DNA from: Eledone cirrhosa
Taxonomy: Eukaryota
Direction: 5' to 3'
Assembly (NCBI GenBank): GCA_964016885.1
Contig: OZ024745.1
Location: forward strand, 62,868,001 to 62,932,000
DNA length: 64,000 bases
Numbering within the stretch: position 1 is the first letter of the stretch; each line of letters starts with the position of its first letter. This document shows positions 31,300-45,745 of the stretch, one piece after another. A model generated the notes under the pieces. That model made no database searches and was not told the origin of the DNA. It saw nothing but the letters and a program-made list of their open reading frames with translations. The translations under genes were made by a program, and so were the position numbers.

Positions 31300-31330
<31 letters not shown>

Positions 31331-31380
31331 GTATGTATCTGACAAAAATAGTTATATATATCTATATATATATATATATA

Positions 31381-31548
31381 TAACGAATGAAATGTGGTAA
31401 GGAACCAGATGGACCATAACGCACCAAAGTACTCAATACTTAGGGTAGTAGAGTGGGCAATAGGAACGAGTAAGACCCCGACGGCTGAGCTCAAGCCGTT
31501 TCAACAGCTAATTCAGTTCAGAATTAGCCGTCGAAATTTGAAATTATT
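31381..31548 (-). mobile_element. Family C element
   Basis: Reverse complement of 8780-8912 with a short inverted end. Confidence 0.7.
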
Positions 31549-31654
31549 TCAATTCTATTTAACTAGGAGACTGCATTTGGTGCGGCGTGTTTAGATTACA
31601 TTAATATCGCTCTACTTTGACCCTGGGAGGGGTTATATACATATTATATATATA

Positions 31655-31697
<43 letters not shown>

Positions 31698-31717
31698 GTG
31701 CGTGTTTGTGTGAATAT

Positions 31718-32161
<444 letters not shown>

Positions 32162-32266
32162 ATATAGCTCTGATTGTTTAATTTATTAATTTTTCATTGA
32201 GCCACAACATGACCTGTTGCAAAACACATATATATCTATGACTTTATATATATATATATAGGTAAA

Positions 32267-32391
<125 letters not shown>

Positions 32392-32474
32392 AGAGAGAGA
32401 GAGAGAGAAGTTGTAACACAACGGTTAGTTCACCATACCGAGAACAATTGTTTCACCTCGGACTGGTAATATAA

Positions 32475-32661
32475 TTGCTTCTATTTTTGGCACAAGGCCA
32501 GCAATTAACCAGTGTATTACTGGTACTTTATTTTATCGACCCCGTAAGGATGAAAGGCAAAGTTAACCTCGGAGGGATTTGCACTTAGAATGGCAAGGGC
32601 CGTAACTCAATGCGTCAAAGCATGGCGCTCGACCCTCTACCGATACTGACAATCCACCGCC
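32475..32661 (-). mobile_element. Abundant SINE
   Basis: Family match. Confidence 0.85.
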
Positions 32662-32670
32662 CTTCTGGTA

Positions 32671-32722
<52 letters not shown>

Positions 32723-32730
32723 TATATAAA

Positions 32731-32923
32731 TATAGGAACAAGTATGACCCCGACGGCAGAGCTCAAGCCGTCTCGACGGCTATTTCTAGACGAAATAGCC
32801 GTCGAAACGGCTTGAGCTCTGCCGTCGGGGTCATACTTGTTCCTATTACCCACTCTACTACCATAAGTATTGAGTACTTTGGTGCGTTATGGTCCATCTG
32901 GTTCCTTACCACAATTACTTCGT
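32731..32923 (+). mobile_element. Family C palindromic element
   Basis: Same palindrome-plus-tail architecture as 8723-8912. Confidence 0.7.
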
Positions 32924-32939
32924 TATATATAAATATATT

Positions 32940-34610
32940 TCCGCACACCACCTCACAGTCTGTGGCCTACTCCAATGCCACGGAACCCCCCCCCCCCCCC
33001 CACACACACACACTCTCCTCAGGGTCGAACAACGAACCAGCTTCACCCTACAGACCCACACTCCCCCCGGTCTGAACTCCCCACCCTTATTCCTTTAGCC
33101 TTCGACTCCCCCCCCAGACATCCCCCACTAACACCACTAACGCACCCCTCCTTTTCATCGCCCACCCCACAACTAACAATACTAACACCTCCACCCCACA
33201 CCCGACCACCCTTCCCCAACTAACATACTTACATCCCTCCCTTCTCCCCCCCATTCCCCTTATCACACGCACACACCCACCGGAACATATATACACGCGC
33301 TCACACTAAACACACACCCTACTACCACCACTAACCCTCACCCCCACACATCCACCCCACCACCCCGTAACTAACATCACTAACACCCCGCGACCCCACG
33401 CACACGAACACACACACCCACTTACACCACCCACTCTACACACCCTACCACCCCTGACCCCCACTCACACCAGCATTCAACCCTTTCCCCACCTCCAGTA
33501 TACTAACACCACCTTCACCACACACACTCATCCAAACACGCACACACACACCAGTACACTACACTCCCTCCACCAGCCCACCCACACCCTTTCTCACACA
33601 CACACACATCCCACTAACACCTCTACTAATACACACATACCCCCTCATCACTCCAACTTTCACACCTACCCATCCTCTCCCCTGTCCACTGCACCTCCGC
33701 ACACACTGACACACCGACTTTCTTCACTTACCATTCAACCCAACTGCTGCTATGCCCTTATCTCTGACCATCTCCCCTCACACACAGACACACAACCCTC
33801 CTCCTCTCTTGACCCTCTGACCACTTCCTGTTGTGCGCGCACTCCACATCTCCCCTCTTCCGACCAACCACGGATTACACATATTGAACATCGATCCCTA
33901 GAATCCACCACATCCCAAGGATATTATCCAACATTCTACGACATCCTCTACGGAACTACCTTCAGGTCTCACCCACTGACATACACTCAAAAACTTTTTT
34001 CCCCACACGCCACCTACATCCACAACACGCATAAACACCACGCACACACGTGCGTACCACCACATATTTACACACTCAGCCTCCGGAATCCTCTCCCCCA
34101 CCCCTCTGACCCCTCCCCATCCACACACGCACACACACACCGACCTACACTCCACCCCACACACACCTCTTCCTGAACATGCAACCCCGTTCTTCCCCCA
34201 ACTCTTACTTTCACATACACACACACACACATACACACGTACACCTACACACACACCACCTTCAGCCCTCTCCGCTCGGACACCCCGCCTACCTCTCCCC
34301 ACTCCACCCGACACCACCCCTACACGCCCACACCCTTCCACCACCTGTTTTACTTCATGTTTATTTTTATTTTTATTATGCTTTTATATTTAATTTCATT
34401 TGTACCGTTTCCTCTCACCCCCTTTTTTCTATATGTCTCTCCACCACTCCCCGACACACCCTTGGAACTCTCTTCCCACGCACTTTTCACCTGAAGAAGG
34501 GCTTATGCCCGAAACGTCATTCCCCACCACTACCCCACTCTCAAGAGCGTGAAACTAATAAACCTTTGTTCGTACTGCCTCTCTGTTTTGTTCCCGTTCA
34601 ATTTTTTACT
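32940..34610 (+). mobile_element. C/A-rich non-coding element ending in HHR + AATAAA (probable PLE 3' region)
   Basis: ~1.4 kb of strongly C/A-skewed sequence, then an HHR core at 34491, AATAAA near 34557, and (TA)n. Confidence 0.55.
34491..34518 (+). ncRNA. Minimal hammerhead core of PLE type
   Basis: CTGAAGA-A-GGGC(TTAT)GCCC-GAAAC-GTC; stem I is not evident. Confidence 0.65.
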
Positions 34611-34780
34611 ATATATATATATATATGATAAGTAGGTCCCGCATTGAGTCGGGTCAACAACAATAAATATGGTACTCAATACATGTGTAGAGTGAAGACA
34701 GAAGTTTATAAAGGAATGGTTTCTGGTAATATTTCGTTCGTATGAAATCACCAGGAAAATGCGCGCGCACACACTCACAC

Positions 34781-34865
<85 letters not shown>

Positions 34866-34872
<7 letters not shown>

Positions 34873-35052
34873 GTGAGGTTTTTTTTACAAAATGAAAAAT
34901 AACCGAGTGAAAGTATAAAGAAAAAGAGATGAAATCGAAAATGCAACTGGAGTCTTATTTTTTTGTTAAATATATATATTTATTTGGTTCCTTTACCGGT
35001 TTCGCAGTTCTTCTGCTTTTCAAAAGGTGAGTTGAGATGGAGGGTCTGTGGT
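34866..35052 (-). mobile_element. Solo pseudo-LTR of the Neptune-like PLE (family D), with U3:A8 HHR at 34990-35027
   Basis: Matches 58861-59055. The minus strand reads CCTT-TTGAAAA-GCAG(aagaa)CTGC-GAAAC-CG-GTA-AAGG, then AATAAA. Confidence 0.75.
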
Positions 35053-35317
35053 ATATATATATTTATATATATATATATATGACAGCTGCAGCTTGATAAC
35101 TACAGTATTTCCGGTTCGTGGCATGTGCAGTCCATGTTTGTTTAACGGTATTTTCAGACATGTTTGCATACGGGTTAGAAACCTGAACGTTTTATTTACT
35201 AACACACATATTCCTCTCCCATAACTATCTATCTATATATCTATCTATCATCTATCTATTTATCTATCTATCTATCTATCTCTAAACAATTACATCTATC
35301 TATATATTCACTAGAAA

Positions 35318-35505
35318 CGGTGAATTGGCAGTATCGGTAGAGGGTCGGACAAGATGCTTTGCAGTATAGAAAAACGCCCCTTTATGATCTGAGTTCAAAT
35401 CCCGCCGAGGTTAACTTTGCCTTTCATCCTTACGGGGTCGATAAAATAAAATACTAGCAATGTAGTGTGATAATTGCTGGCCTTGTACCAATTGTAGAAA
35501 CAATT
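35318..35505 (+). mobile_element. Abundant SINE
   Basis: Family match. Confidence 0.8.
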
Positions 35506-35668
35506 ATATCTATCTATATATCTATTTTATCATGGCTCTGATATGTGTGTTGTGTGTGTGTGTGTGTATGTGTGTGTGTGTGTGGTGTGTGTGTGTGTGT
35601 GTTTGTCTGTGTGTTTGCGTGTATGTGTGCGCGCGTATGTGCGTGCGTGCGTGCGTGTGTATGTGTGT

Positions 35669-35699
<31 letters not shown>

Positions 35700-35717
<18 letters not shown>

Positions 35718-36053
35718 GTGAACGGAAACAAAAATGAATACAACACATTACAATGAAGAAATCTATTAAGTTAATGGTTGATATCGTGAAAAAAGATTCT
35801 TTAGTGTTTCCTACACAATTCCTTCATCAGAAGGTGGAATGAGGAATAAAAGATGAAATGAATGATAGAGGGTGAGAAGCGGGAAAAAATGGAAAAATGT
35901 TAGAAAAACTAATAGATGTGCCTGTGATGTTACAAAGCATAGCACAGCTGTGCATGTATGCGTTGTCATACGCAACTCAGCAAACAGCCAAATCTATGAC
36001 AACTGTAGTAGCTCAAGTAAGTGTAATGTTCAAAGTACTATTACAACTGCTTT

Positions 36054-36110
<57 letters not shown>

Positions 36111-36999
36111 GAGTAGTAGTAGTAGTAGTAGTAATTGTTTTTATTGTTGTTGATGTTGCGGTTGAAACAGCAATAGCACAAACCTCTACAACAAAAACAG
36201 TAGCAACATCTATATATGTATTTATATGTCTCTGTCTGTGTGTTTGTGTGTTTCTCTGTGTGTGTATGCGAGGGCGCATAGCTTAGTGGTTAAATTCTTC
36301 GGCTCACGTTGGTTGGTCACGAGTTCGATGCCCGGCGGCGCCTCTCCTTTAGAAAGACAATGCATTTCACGTGGCTCCTGTTAACATGACTTGGAACACA
36401 ATAAGTTGTATCTGTAACTAGAATGGCCAGCCTTGTCCCATTCTGCACTAGTTAATCTCCTTGTTTCTACGTTATGGGTACACGTGTCTCTGAACTTTTC
36501 AGCCACCAACAGGTTAATTCCGAGTACAGACTCTTCAGTTGAATGTGTGTACGACAAATTGTCGACTTAATCGGTGGTGTGTCAGTTTGCATATGTAATA
36601 TGACATATGCTTGTACTTGATACGATCAACTGTACAGCCTGCTCATGGATTAAATTGTAAGTGGCTGAAAAGTCCATACATATGTTGACACTTTTAATTA
36701 CTCATTTTTTTGCATGCTGAGTGGACAGAAGCAACGTGAAATGCATTGGCTTTCTAAAGGAGAGGCGCCGCCGGCCATCGAACTCGTGACCAACGAACGT
36801 GAGCCGAAGATCCTAACCACTAAGCTATGCGCCTTCACATACACACACAGAAAAACACACAAACACACAGACAGACACATATAAATACATATATAGATGT
36901 TGCTACTGTTTTTGTTGTCGAGGTTTGTGCTTTTGCTGTTTCAACAGCAACAACAACATCCACAACAATAAAAACAATTACTACTACTGCTACTACTAT

Positions 37000-37056
<57 letters not shown>

Positions 37057-37066
37057 AACAACAACA

Positions 37067-37142
<76 letters not shown>

Positions 37143-37484
37143 AAAGCAATTGTAATAGTACTTTGAACATTACACTTACTTGAGCTGCTACAGTTGTCAT
37201 AGATTTGGCTGTTTGCTGAGTTGCGTATGACAAAGCATACATGCACAGCTGTGCTATGCTTTGTAACATCACAGGCACATCTATTAGTTTTTCTAACATT
37301 TTTTCATTTTTTCCCGCTTCTCACCCTCTATCATACATTTCATCCTTTATTCCTCATTCCACCTTCTGATGAAGGTATTGTGTCGGAAACGTAAATAATC
37401 TCTTTTCACTATATCAACCATTAACTTAATAGATTTCTTCATTGTAATGTGTTGTATTCTTTTTTGTTTCCGTTTACATTTTGC

Positions 37485-37500
<16 letters not shown>
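35700..37500. repeat. Large inverted duplication (arms ~35700-36380 and ~36725-37500)
   Basis: Unique sequence, the (TAG)n tract and a SINE head are all mirrored. The ORF track also shows the same MLEKLIDVPV peptide on both strands. Confidence 0.9.
36272..36600 (+). mobile_element. tRNA-derived SINE (mirrored head at 36725-36835, minus)
   Basis: A-box TAGCTTAGTGG and B-box GTTCGATGCC. Confidence 0.65.
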
Positions 37501-37550
<50 letters not shown>

Positions 37551-37783
37551 CTGCGAAACGTGCGTAAGAGTTCGATACACAATAAAAACCTAAAAAGATG
37601 TAAACGCCTTTCTGTTAATAATTATATATATATATGTGTGTGTGTCTTTCTGTTAATAATAATAATATATATATATATACGTGTGTGTGTGTGTGTGTAT
37701 ATATAGATGTATATATATGTATATATATATATGTGCGTGTGTGTGTGGGTGGATGTGTGTGGGTGGGTGTGTGTGGGAGTGTG

Positions 37784-37873
<90 letters not shown>

Positions 37874-39645
37874 GTGCGTGCGTGTTTATGACATGAAATG
37901 GCACTTTAGAGCTTCGAAAAACTCGATAAAATTGATTATTTTACTATATTGTTTTTTACGCTTAGAGAGAGAGATACTTTACTGTTTAACTTTTCGGATT
38001 CGTTATTTCATCGGAAAGTAAATTGAGAAAAAAATAACAAGTTTTCTCAACGATAAAACATCTCCACATCTCCAATTTTTAAGTATATTCTAACACAACA
38101 AATCATACGCAGCACTCTTAAATAAAGAATGTTACACTGAAACGTTTAGACCCAGGTGTAAAAAATCAAACACCGCATGTTGCCGTTTCGGTCGTAAATT
38201 ATATCATCTCTACTCACACGACTTAAGCGTGAGACTATAGAGAATCAATCAACGCGTGAATGACTTATTTGTGCAAACATAATTGTAGATTTTATGCTTG
38301 TATACTATCACGAATCAATGCTGCCAAATAAATCAATCTTGCTTTGGTTTAAACCGTGAGAATATTGCCGGTCGTTGTAACAATAGAATTGCTAATAGAT
38401 TGAAATAATGTGAAAATTGCTAAACAGACATATGACAGGTGTACCATTTATTAATCCTCAGTTAGTGTTCAGAGTGCTATTAATATGAAAAGGCTGCTCA
38501 TTTAGTAGTAGATATATTGCATTAAGCAGACGTACAGATATGTTACTGTCAAACCAAATTCATTTTCACCTTAACTATGGTTAAATGCATTTGCGTGTAT
38601 AGTTATATTGGTGTGATACTCAAGGGTGTGAATTCGAGTATTCAGTACCAAAGTTTACGTATTTACAAATAAAATCATTCGATAATGTTGAACCTTGTGT
38701 GATGATCCTGTGAGTACACAGGTGGAATACTAAAGTAAACAGCCATATGTCTTATGTTGAAGTATATTTTACATACACACAGACACAAACAAACAAACAA
38801 GCACAAACACAATAAAAACAAAACATTTAAACACACCTGCACACAAGCGCCCATACACATATACAACGATTAAATTTCGAAAAATTTTGAATGTTGATGA
38901 TTTGTCGCTACAATGCTGGTAATTAATATAATAGTGAATAATTATGATTAATATATGAATAAGTCGAGTAAAGTAAGCCGGAATACTGAATAAGTGGACA
39001 AAAGCTCTTGCAGGAATTGAACTTTCCATATTTCGAAGAGCATAAATATACATGTGTCGATGACTTGCAAAACCAATCCTCGCCAATATTTCCCGTCTCT
39101 AATCTTACTATACTGGTAGAGTATGTGTATGTAACTCAGAAGTGTATGACCTAAACATTTAGGATGTTTAACCAATTTAGAACCGACTGCAGTGTTGATG
39201 TATAAATCTTATCGAAACGAGACATATCTGTGTTCATGGAAATATGATATACCTGTATATGTCCTTGAGTATTCAAATATATAGACAGATATATAACGCT
39301 GAAAAACGAAAGTATGATACAACGGGATGTAGATAATTAATCCAATGATTAAGATCGATCCATAAATAAAATGTATCGTTGTAAATGATTGATTGCACTA
39401 CAATTAGCCTCATAAAGAAAATCCATGCCGGTATCAGTCAGACAGACAGCAGAAGACTAGTTCTTTTCTGAGGCTAGTAGTACTGAGTTTAATAATCTTC
39501 AGGTAATCGTCTTCACATCAATATTTTTGCTATTTGAAAAGATGTAAATAAATTTGGAATTAATATTCCCACATTGTTAGACATTTTGATGCTTTTAACT
39601 TTCAAATAAAAAAATTCTCTATCCCTCCATGATTCTAAAATAATA

Positions 39646-39833
39646 ATTGTTTTTACTTTTGGCACAAGGCCAGCAATTAACCAGTGCATTACTGGTACTT
39701 TATTTTATCGACGCCGTAAGGATGAAAGGCAAAGTAAACCTCGGCGGGATTTGAAATCATAATGGCAAGGACCGTAATTCTATGCGTCAAAGCATGGCGT
39801 CCCACCATCTACCGATACTGCCAATCCACCGCC
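39646..39833 (-). mobile_element. Abundant SINE
   Basis: Family match. Confidence 0.85.
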
Positions 39834-40394
39834 TCAATCCACCATGCTTCTAAAATAATAATGAAGTTCTCTGGGATATTGCTTGCTTATCTGCATTAGA
39901 TAATCCTGACTATATATATATACATATATATATATATAAATATATATGTGTGTGCGTGTGTGTGTGTGTGCATGTGTGTGTATGCCTGTGTGTGTGTACG
40001 TATCTGCGTGTGTATGTGTGTGTGCGTTTGTGTGTGTGTGTGTGTCTGTTTGTGTGTATGCTTGCTCATACATTCATATTTCATAGATTAATGCTTTCTT
40101 TAATTTGGCGTAAGTGTTCGTTCGTTCATTACTAATTTCATAGATAATATACTTTTGAGTTTTACATATTTTTACATTGATTTCATATTATGAAACAGCA
40201 ATAGCATTATATTTTCGCTGTAACTGTTTTTCATTTCACGTTTTAACCATTTGTATTTTATTTATTTAACAGTTTAATTTTCGGCAGTAAACAATGTTCG
40301 AACAACGATATACACATTTTATTATGCTTTTATTGTGTTTGTTCATGACAAATTTCTACAACATGGCTGTATATGAATTAATGCTTATAAATTG

Positions 40395-40472
<78 letters not shown>

Positions 40473-40759
40473 GTGTTTCCTTTTGTCTGACGCTAACCTG
40501 TATCTACGAATATTTGAAAAGGCGATATCCTCTTTTCTCACTTCTTGCTTTCACTAACTTGAATATTTATTTTAAACAATTATGAACGGTCACATATGTT
40601 TACATATACATCATAGATTTTGTCAAATATTGAACTGAAATATGCAATTATATCTCCAGTAAAACCGCTTGGTCCCTTCATATTTATGAACAGACCAGTC
40701 GATGGCAACTTCGTTTTTCGTCTTTAACCTCTTCTCTGTGCATGAGCAATCCATTTTTT

Positions 40760-42320
40760 ATATATTAGGTGACTAGTTTGCAGCCCTCAACCTTGTAGAA
40801 GAAGAAATAATCTCTTTAACACACGACATCAAATACGCACTTTATGAAACAGTATTAGATGTGCTGGGAAGAAAAAGGAGTAAATATCAACCATGAGTCA
40901 CTGATGACATATTGGACCTACGTGATTTATGATTTGTCTTGAGGAAGACCAAACTAATAGATCCAAAAGCAAAACAACAGTACAAAGCTGTGAAGACGAA
41001 GGTCGTGAAGGAAAGAAGGGAGGCCAGACAGAAGTAGCTATCAGACCAGTGTAATGAAATCGAAAGTGGAATAAAATGTCAACAGTATGGCTGCTTAATA
41101 AAATGTCCAAATAGTAATAAAATAAAAACAACGCGATACACCACTGTCATTGAGGACACAACTGGCTTGCTCCTTACATGCGAGGACCATGTCATCAACA
41201 TATGGACAGAGTATTGCGAAGGTCCTTATTACCACAGCCTCCAACATGACATCAACATCCTTGAGAATTCCACCAATAAGAACAAAGAAATTGAGGATAC
41301 TCCAAATCTCCAGGAAGAAGATAACATTCTATCAGTGCTCATAAAACATGGAGGGCCCAAACTTATCTGCCAGAAGATATGGGAAACAGAGAAGTGGCTA
41401 AAATATGTTCACTGAGAAACACCTGTAACTCAAATCTGACATCAATTATAACTTTATTGACTTGCAACGCGCTTGGCATGATGTTTTGTGGAAAATGATG
41501 AAGGAACACAACTTTGTCATCAAGTAATTAATGCACTGTATGATAATTCAATAAATGCAGTTCCCCTAAATAACAACATCGGAGAATTCCCCAGGATAAC
41601 AGTGGGAGTTCGACAACGATGTCATGTCTCCTTTCTCCAAGTATTTTTCAACATCTTCCTAAGAAACATCATGCAATAGACTCTCCAAGACTTTCACACC
41701 TTCCATTGGAAAAGAGTTTCTTTTCAACCTGCGATTTGCCGATGAAATTTAACTATTAGGAAGCAGTGAAGGTAAACTCAATGAGTTCACTGCAAGTCTG
41801 GGAAAATATCAGGTTCATACGTATGGAAATCACCTCAGAGAAACAGCAAGATTCTGGTTAATAGTAATAATCAGAATACAGCAATTAACATCATACTGAA
41901 CAGAGGAAGCTTTGAAGAAAGGAACACCATGAAGATACACTCTGACCAAAGATGGTTGATTTCAAAAGGAGATACTGAAAATACCTGCTCTGGCTACTTC
42001 TGCCATGTTAAAGATGAATGTCATATGGAGATGCATCTTGTCAGTTTTCCAACGAAGCGCAAATTATTCAAGTACTTAGCGACTTCAATTCCTTTTTTAT
42101 ATGAGCGAGCTGGATTCTCGCAGCTCACATGGAATGAAGAAACCAGTTATTCGAGCAGAAGTGCTTCGGAATGTTGCTAAACATCCCATACACGGAGCAC
42201 AAAACAAACAATGTCTCAGGCACCAAATTAACAAATATGCTGGCTGACAAGAAACACTCATTGCGATGGTAAAAGGAAGGAAGCTTGTCTAGTATGGTCA
42301 TGTAAACCGACTTAGAATAA
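40760..42320 (+). mobile_element. Heavily degraded RTE-like LINE
   Basis: Fragments WTEYCE, ICQKIWETEKW, ALYDNSINAV, ITVGVRQ, NLRFADE and GHV occur in RT order. Confidence 0.75.
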
Positions 42321-43779
42321 AAAGCAATGGTGACGCTTTCTGTGAAAGCGTCTTTAGTTGCACCCCAACGACTGGTTGTACCAATTGCAGGAATATGATT
42401 GATTGATAGATATATTTCCGAACTGCAATGTACCAGACCAGCTAGAATTGTTCCATGGTTAGGTTTAATGATCTCAGTGAAATTAAACACACTGTCTTCT
42501 AAAATGTCCCTTTGGATAAATGGTAGTATTTACATATATTTGCATGAACAAATTCATTACCAAAATATATAGCACCGTGTAGTCTTATTTCTGAACTAAA
42601 TGCTTTATGTACACATACATTTGTAATTAGGATTTTATTGCTTTCTTTGTCAAAGAAAGAATATAGCTTCAAACACAGAATATGCACCTGCACGTGATAT
42701 TAGTAAAGGAAGAGGGTTTAAAATGCAATTTAGAAACACATCTGTCGTAGTTTACTGCTGCAATGCAATGGAAGGAAATACAGACTTTTACATAGTGTGG
42801 TAAATAGATGTTTAGTTACATTTTGGTAATCATGGATTTAGGAACGTAGAAATCTGCTTCATTGATATAGGTGATTGTGTTATGCAAATTGTGATGGTCA
42901 TGTCAATTTTACTATGAAACGTTTTACGAGGTACAATTCAAACAGTATCTAGTATGAATTGAAAAGGGGATTCGTTCCATACGATGAGTATTTGTCAGAT
43001 GGTGACAAACATTTAGGATTTGGTATTCTCTCAGTCACATATACACCATCTTCTGTTAGGTGGATCTGGCTGGTCTAATGCTATCTTTACACACAAATTA
43101 ACTACACATTCATGTTTTCTCTTCCCTCATCGATATTTTATACAAATCTTCCCACTTCCCAAAATAACTAATGAAATTAAGTCTAAGAATTTCATCGTTG
43201 AACATGTTCATTCTGCAAACGCCGAATGGCAATTTGACAAGCAGAATGTCAAATCTATAATCTCCACGAATGCGACATACCAATTTATACTTTTCAAAAA
43301 CATTTAATACAATGAAGTACATGTTTTTCTAAGTAAACTTCTAAATGTACGACTGGAACGCCATTCATGAATTTTATAAGATACAATAATACACTCAACA
43401 AATTTGAAACGTGATACTAATGAGGCCGCAGCTACTTGAAATAAAGAATAATTGGAACTCGTGACGTCATGCAGTAACGACGAATGAACAATTGTTAAAA
43501 ACGTGCAACGTTGATTTGGTTCAGTTATCAATCATTAATAGCAGGAAGTTAGTATCAATAATGATGGAGTGAACCACAGATAACATATTCTCCGATAAAG
43601 AAACTTATACGCATACACATACACACACACCCACGCACACGCACACACACACATATATATATATTTATAAATATATATATATATATTTTTTAAAGTGGAG
43701 ACAGTAAACAGAAAACAAAAATCGTGGAAGCGAAGAAGCGGTACAAATGTTATTATTAGTTTCACGCTTGAGAGTAGGG

Positions 43780-43938
<159 letters not shown>

Positions 43939-44029
43939 GGCTTCTGCTACAGCATGTATTAAACTAATATATACATACATTCATTGTATTTTGTTCTCTG
44001 TAATTTTTTCATTGTTAACCTCTTTCAAA

Positions 44030-44985
44030 GCCCTCCTCCACACCTGCTATCAAGAACGCGTCTGGCGTTGTCACCAGAGAGGTCCCCTTGTGAAGTGGAG
44101 AGAATAATTTACTCGTCTCCCAAGCCTGATCGCAACAGCATCTTCTGATGTACACGAGGTGCATCTCGAAATGGAGACTAATGTCTCAGAAAATTAGTCA
44201 CAATACCAGTTAAAGTGCTCAATTATGGCAAGGCCACTGGCTAAGATGAAATCCGATCCGAGATGTTAAAATCCTTTAATAGAAAAGGTAATCTCTGGCT
44301 GACTCATGTGTGCCATTTTGGCCAGGATCTTGGGAAAGGCACTCAAACAATGGAGATCGAGTGTGATAATCCAAATTTGCGAAAAGGGAGACAAGAGAGA
44401 TTGTTCCAATTACAAGGGGATCTCCTTGTTAAGCCTTTGCGGTAAAGCCTATGCTAAGTGTCTTACAAAGAGATGAAGGGAGATTGTTGAGTCTAGGCTA
44501 GCTGGATACCAGTGTGGCCTTCACCAAAGAGGTAGCACAGCCGAGCAAATATTCACACTGCGGCAGGTCTTCGCCGTATCGCGGGAGTATTGCCATAATC
44601 TATATTCTTGTTTTGTCGACGTTGAAAAGGCAAATGACCGCGTTCCTCAGGATGTACCGTGGAAGGACCGATGATCAGCTCCTTCCTGACTAGATATCTC
44701 TATAGGAATGCCCAAGTATTCGAGTTCGGATAAATGGCGATAAATCGAAAGCATTCAACGTAGAAGTAGGACTCCGCCAAGGGTGCATGCAGTCACCTCT
44801 CCTATTCATTATTTACATGAACAGTATTGACATGCACAGCCGGGTGGGAAGTCGTATCATGACTGTCGGGTGTAAAATCAGTCGGCTGGAATTTGCGCAC
44901 TAAGTGTTGTGACTTAACTCGTCAGAAGTTGTTCTCCAGCTTGGACTGAAGAAAACTTCTTTTATGCAGGCGGACATTCACACAC
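44030..44985 (+). mobile_element. Degraded RTE LINE RT fragment
   Basis: Fragments CSNY.GISLL, YQCG, EQIFTLRQV, CFVDVEKA.DRVP, VEVGLRQGCMQSPLLFIIYM and RLEFA. Confidence 0.8.
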
Positions 44986-44989
44986 ATAG

Positions 44990-45126
<137 letters not shown>

Positions 45127-45158
45127 TACATCCACCTGCACACAAACACACATATATA

Positions 45159-45279
<121 letters not shown>

Positions 45280-45745
45280 TGATTTTCGATATTTCTGCGC
45301 TATTAGCTCTTCCATTCTCTTTCTTTCGATCTGCTATTTCTCTCCCCAACGTCATTCCATATAGGTTTAACACACTAGAAATTGCGATTTCCATCTTAGT
45401 TGGATATCATTCAGCTCCGATAGAGTGGCAATTAGTCATATATAATGAATTTGGTGCAATGGATGATATACGCGATAAATATATCGCGTTCAGGCTATGC
45501 ATGATTGAGATGGTAGTTCATTCTAATTTCTGACAGATATAAACACTTTTATATACACAAAACTCTCTGATCATTCAAGGGAAGTGGAAAATTGCACAAT
45601 TAGAAGGATAAGGATCGAAAAGTAATTAATAAAAGGTCCCAAGTGTCATACCAAATACGACGGATCGTTTAATGAAGGGTGTACATGATATATTCTTGGT
45701 TCATCTAAATATTTTCACTTCAAGTCATACGGCCTATCCGTAACT

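Noticed and set aside
42700-43500. DNA transposase remnant (YLSDGD, HSANAE)
   Set aside because: The motifs would belong to different families and their spacing is inconsistent.
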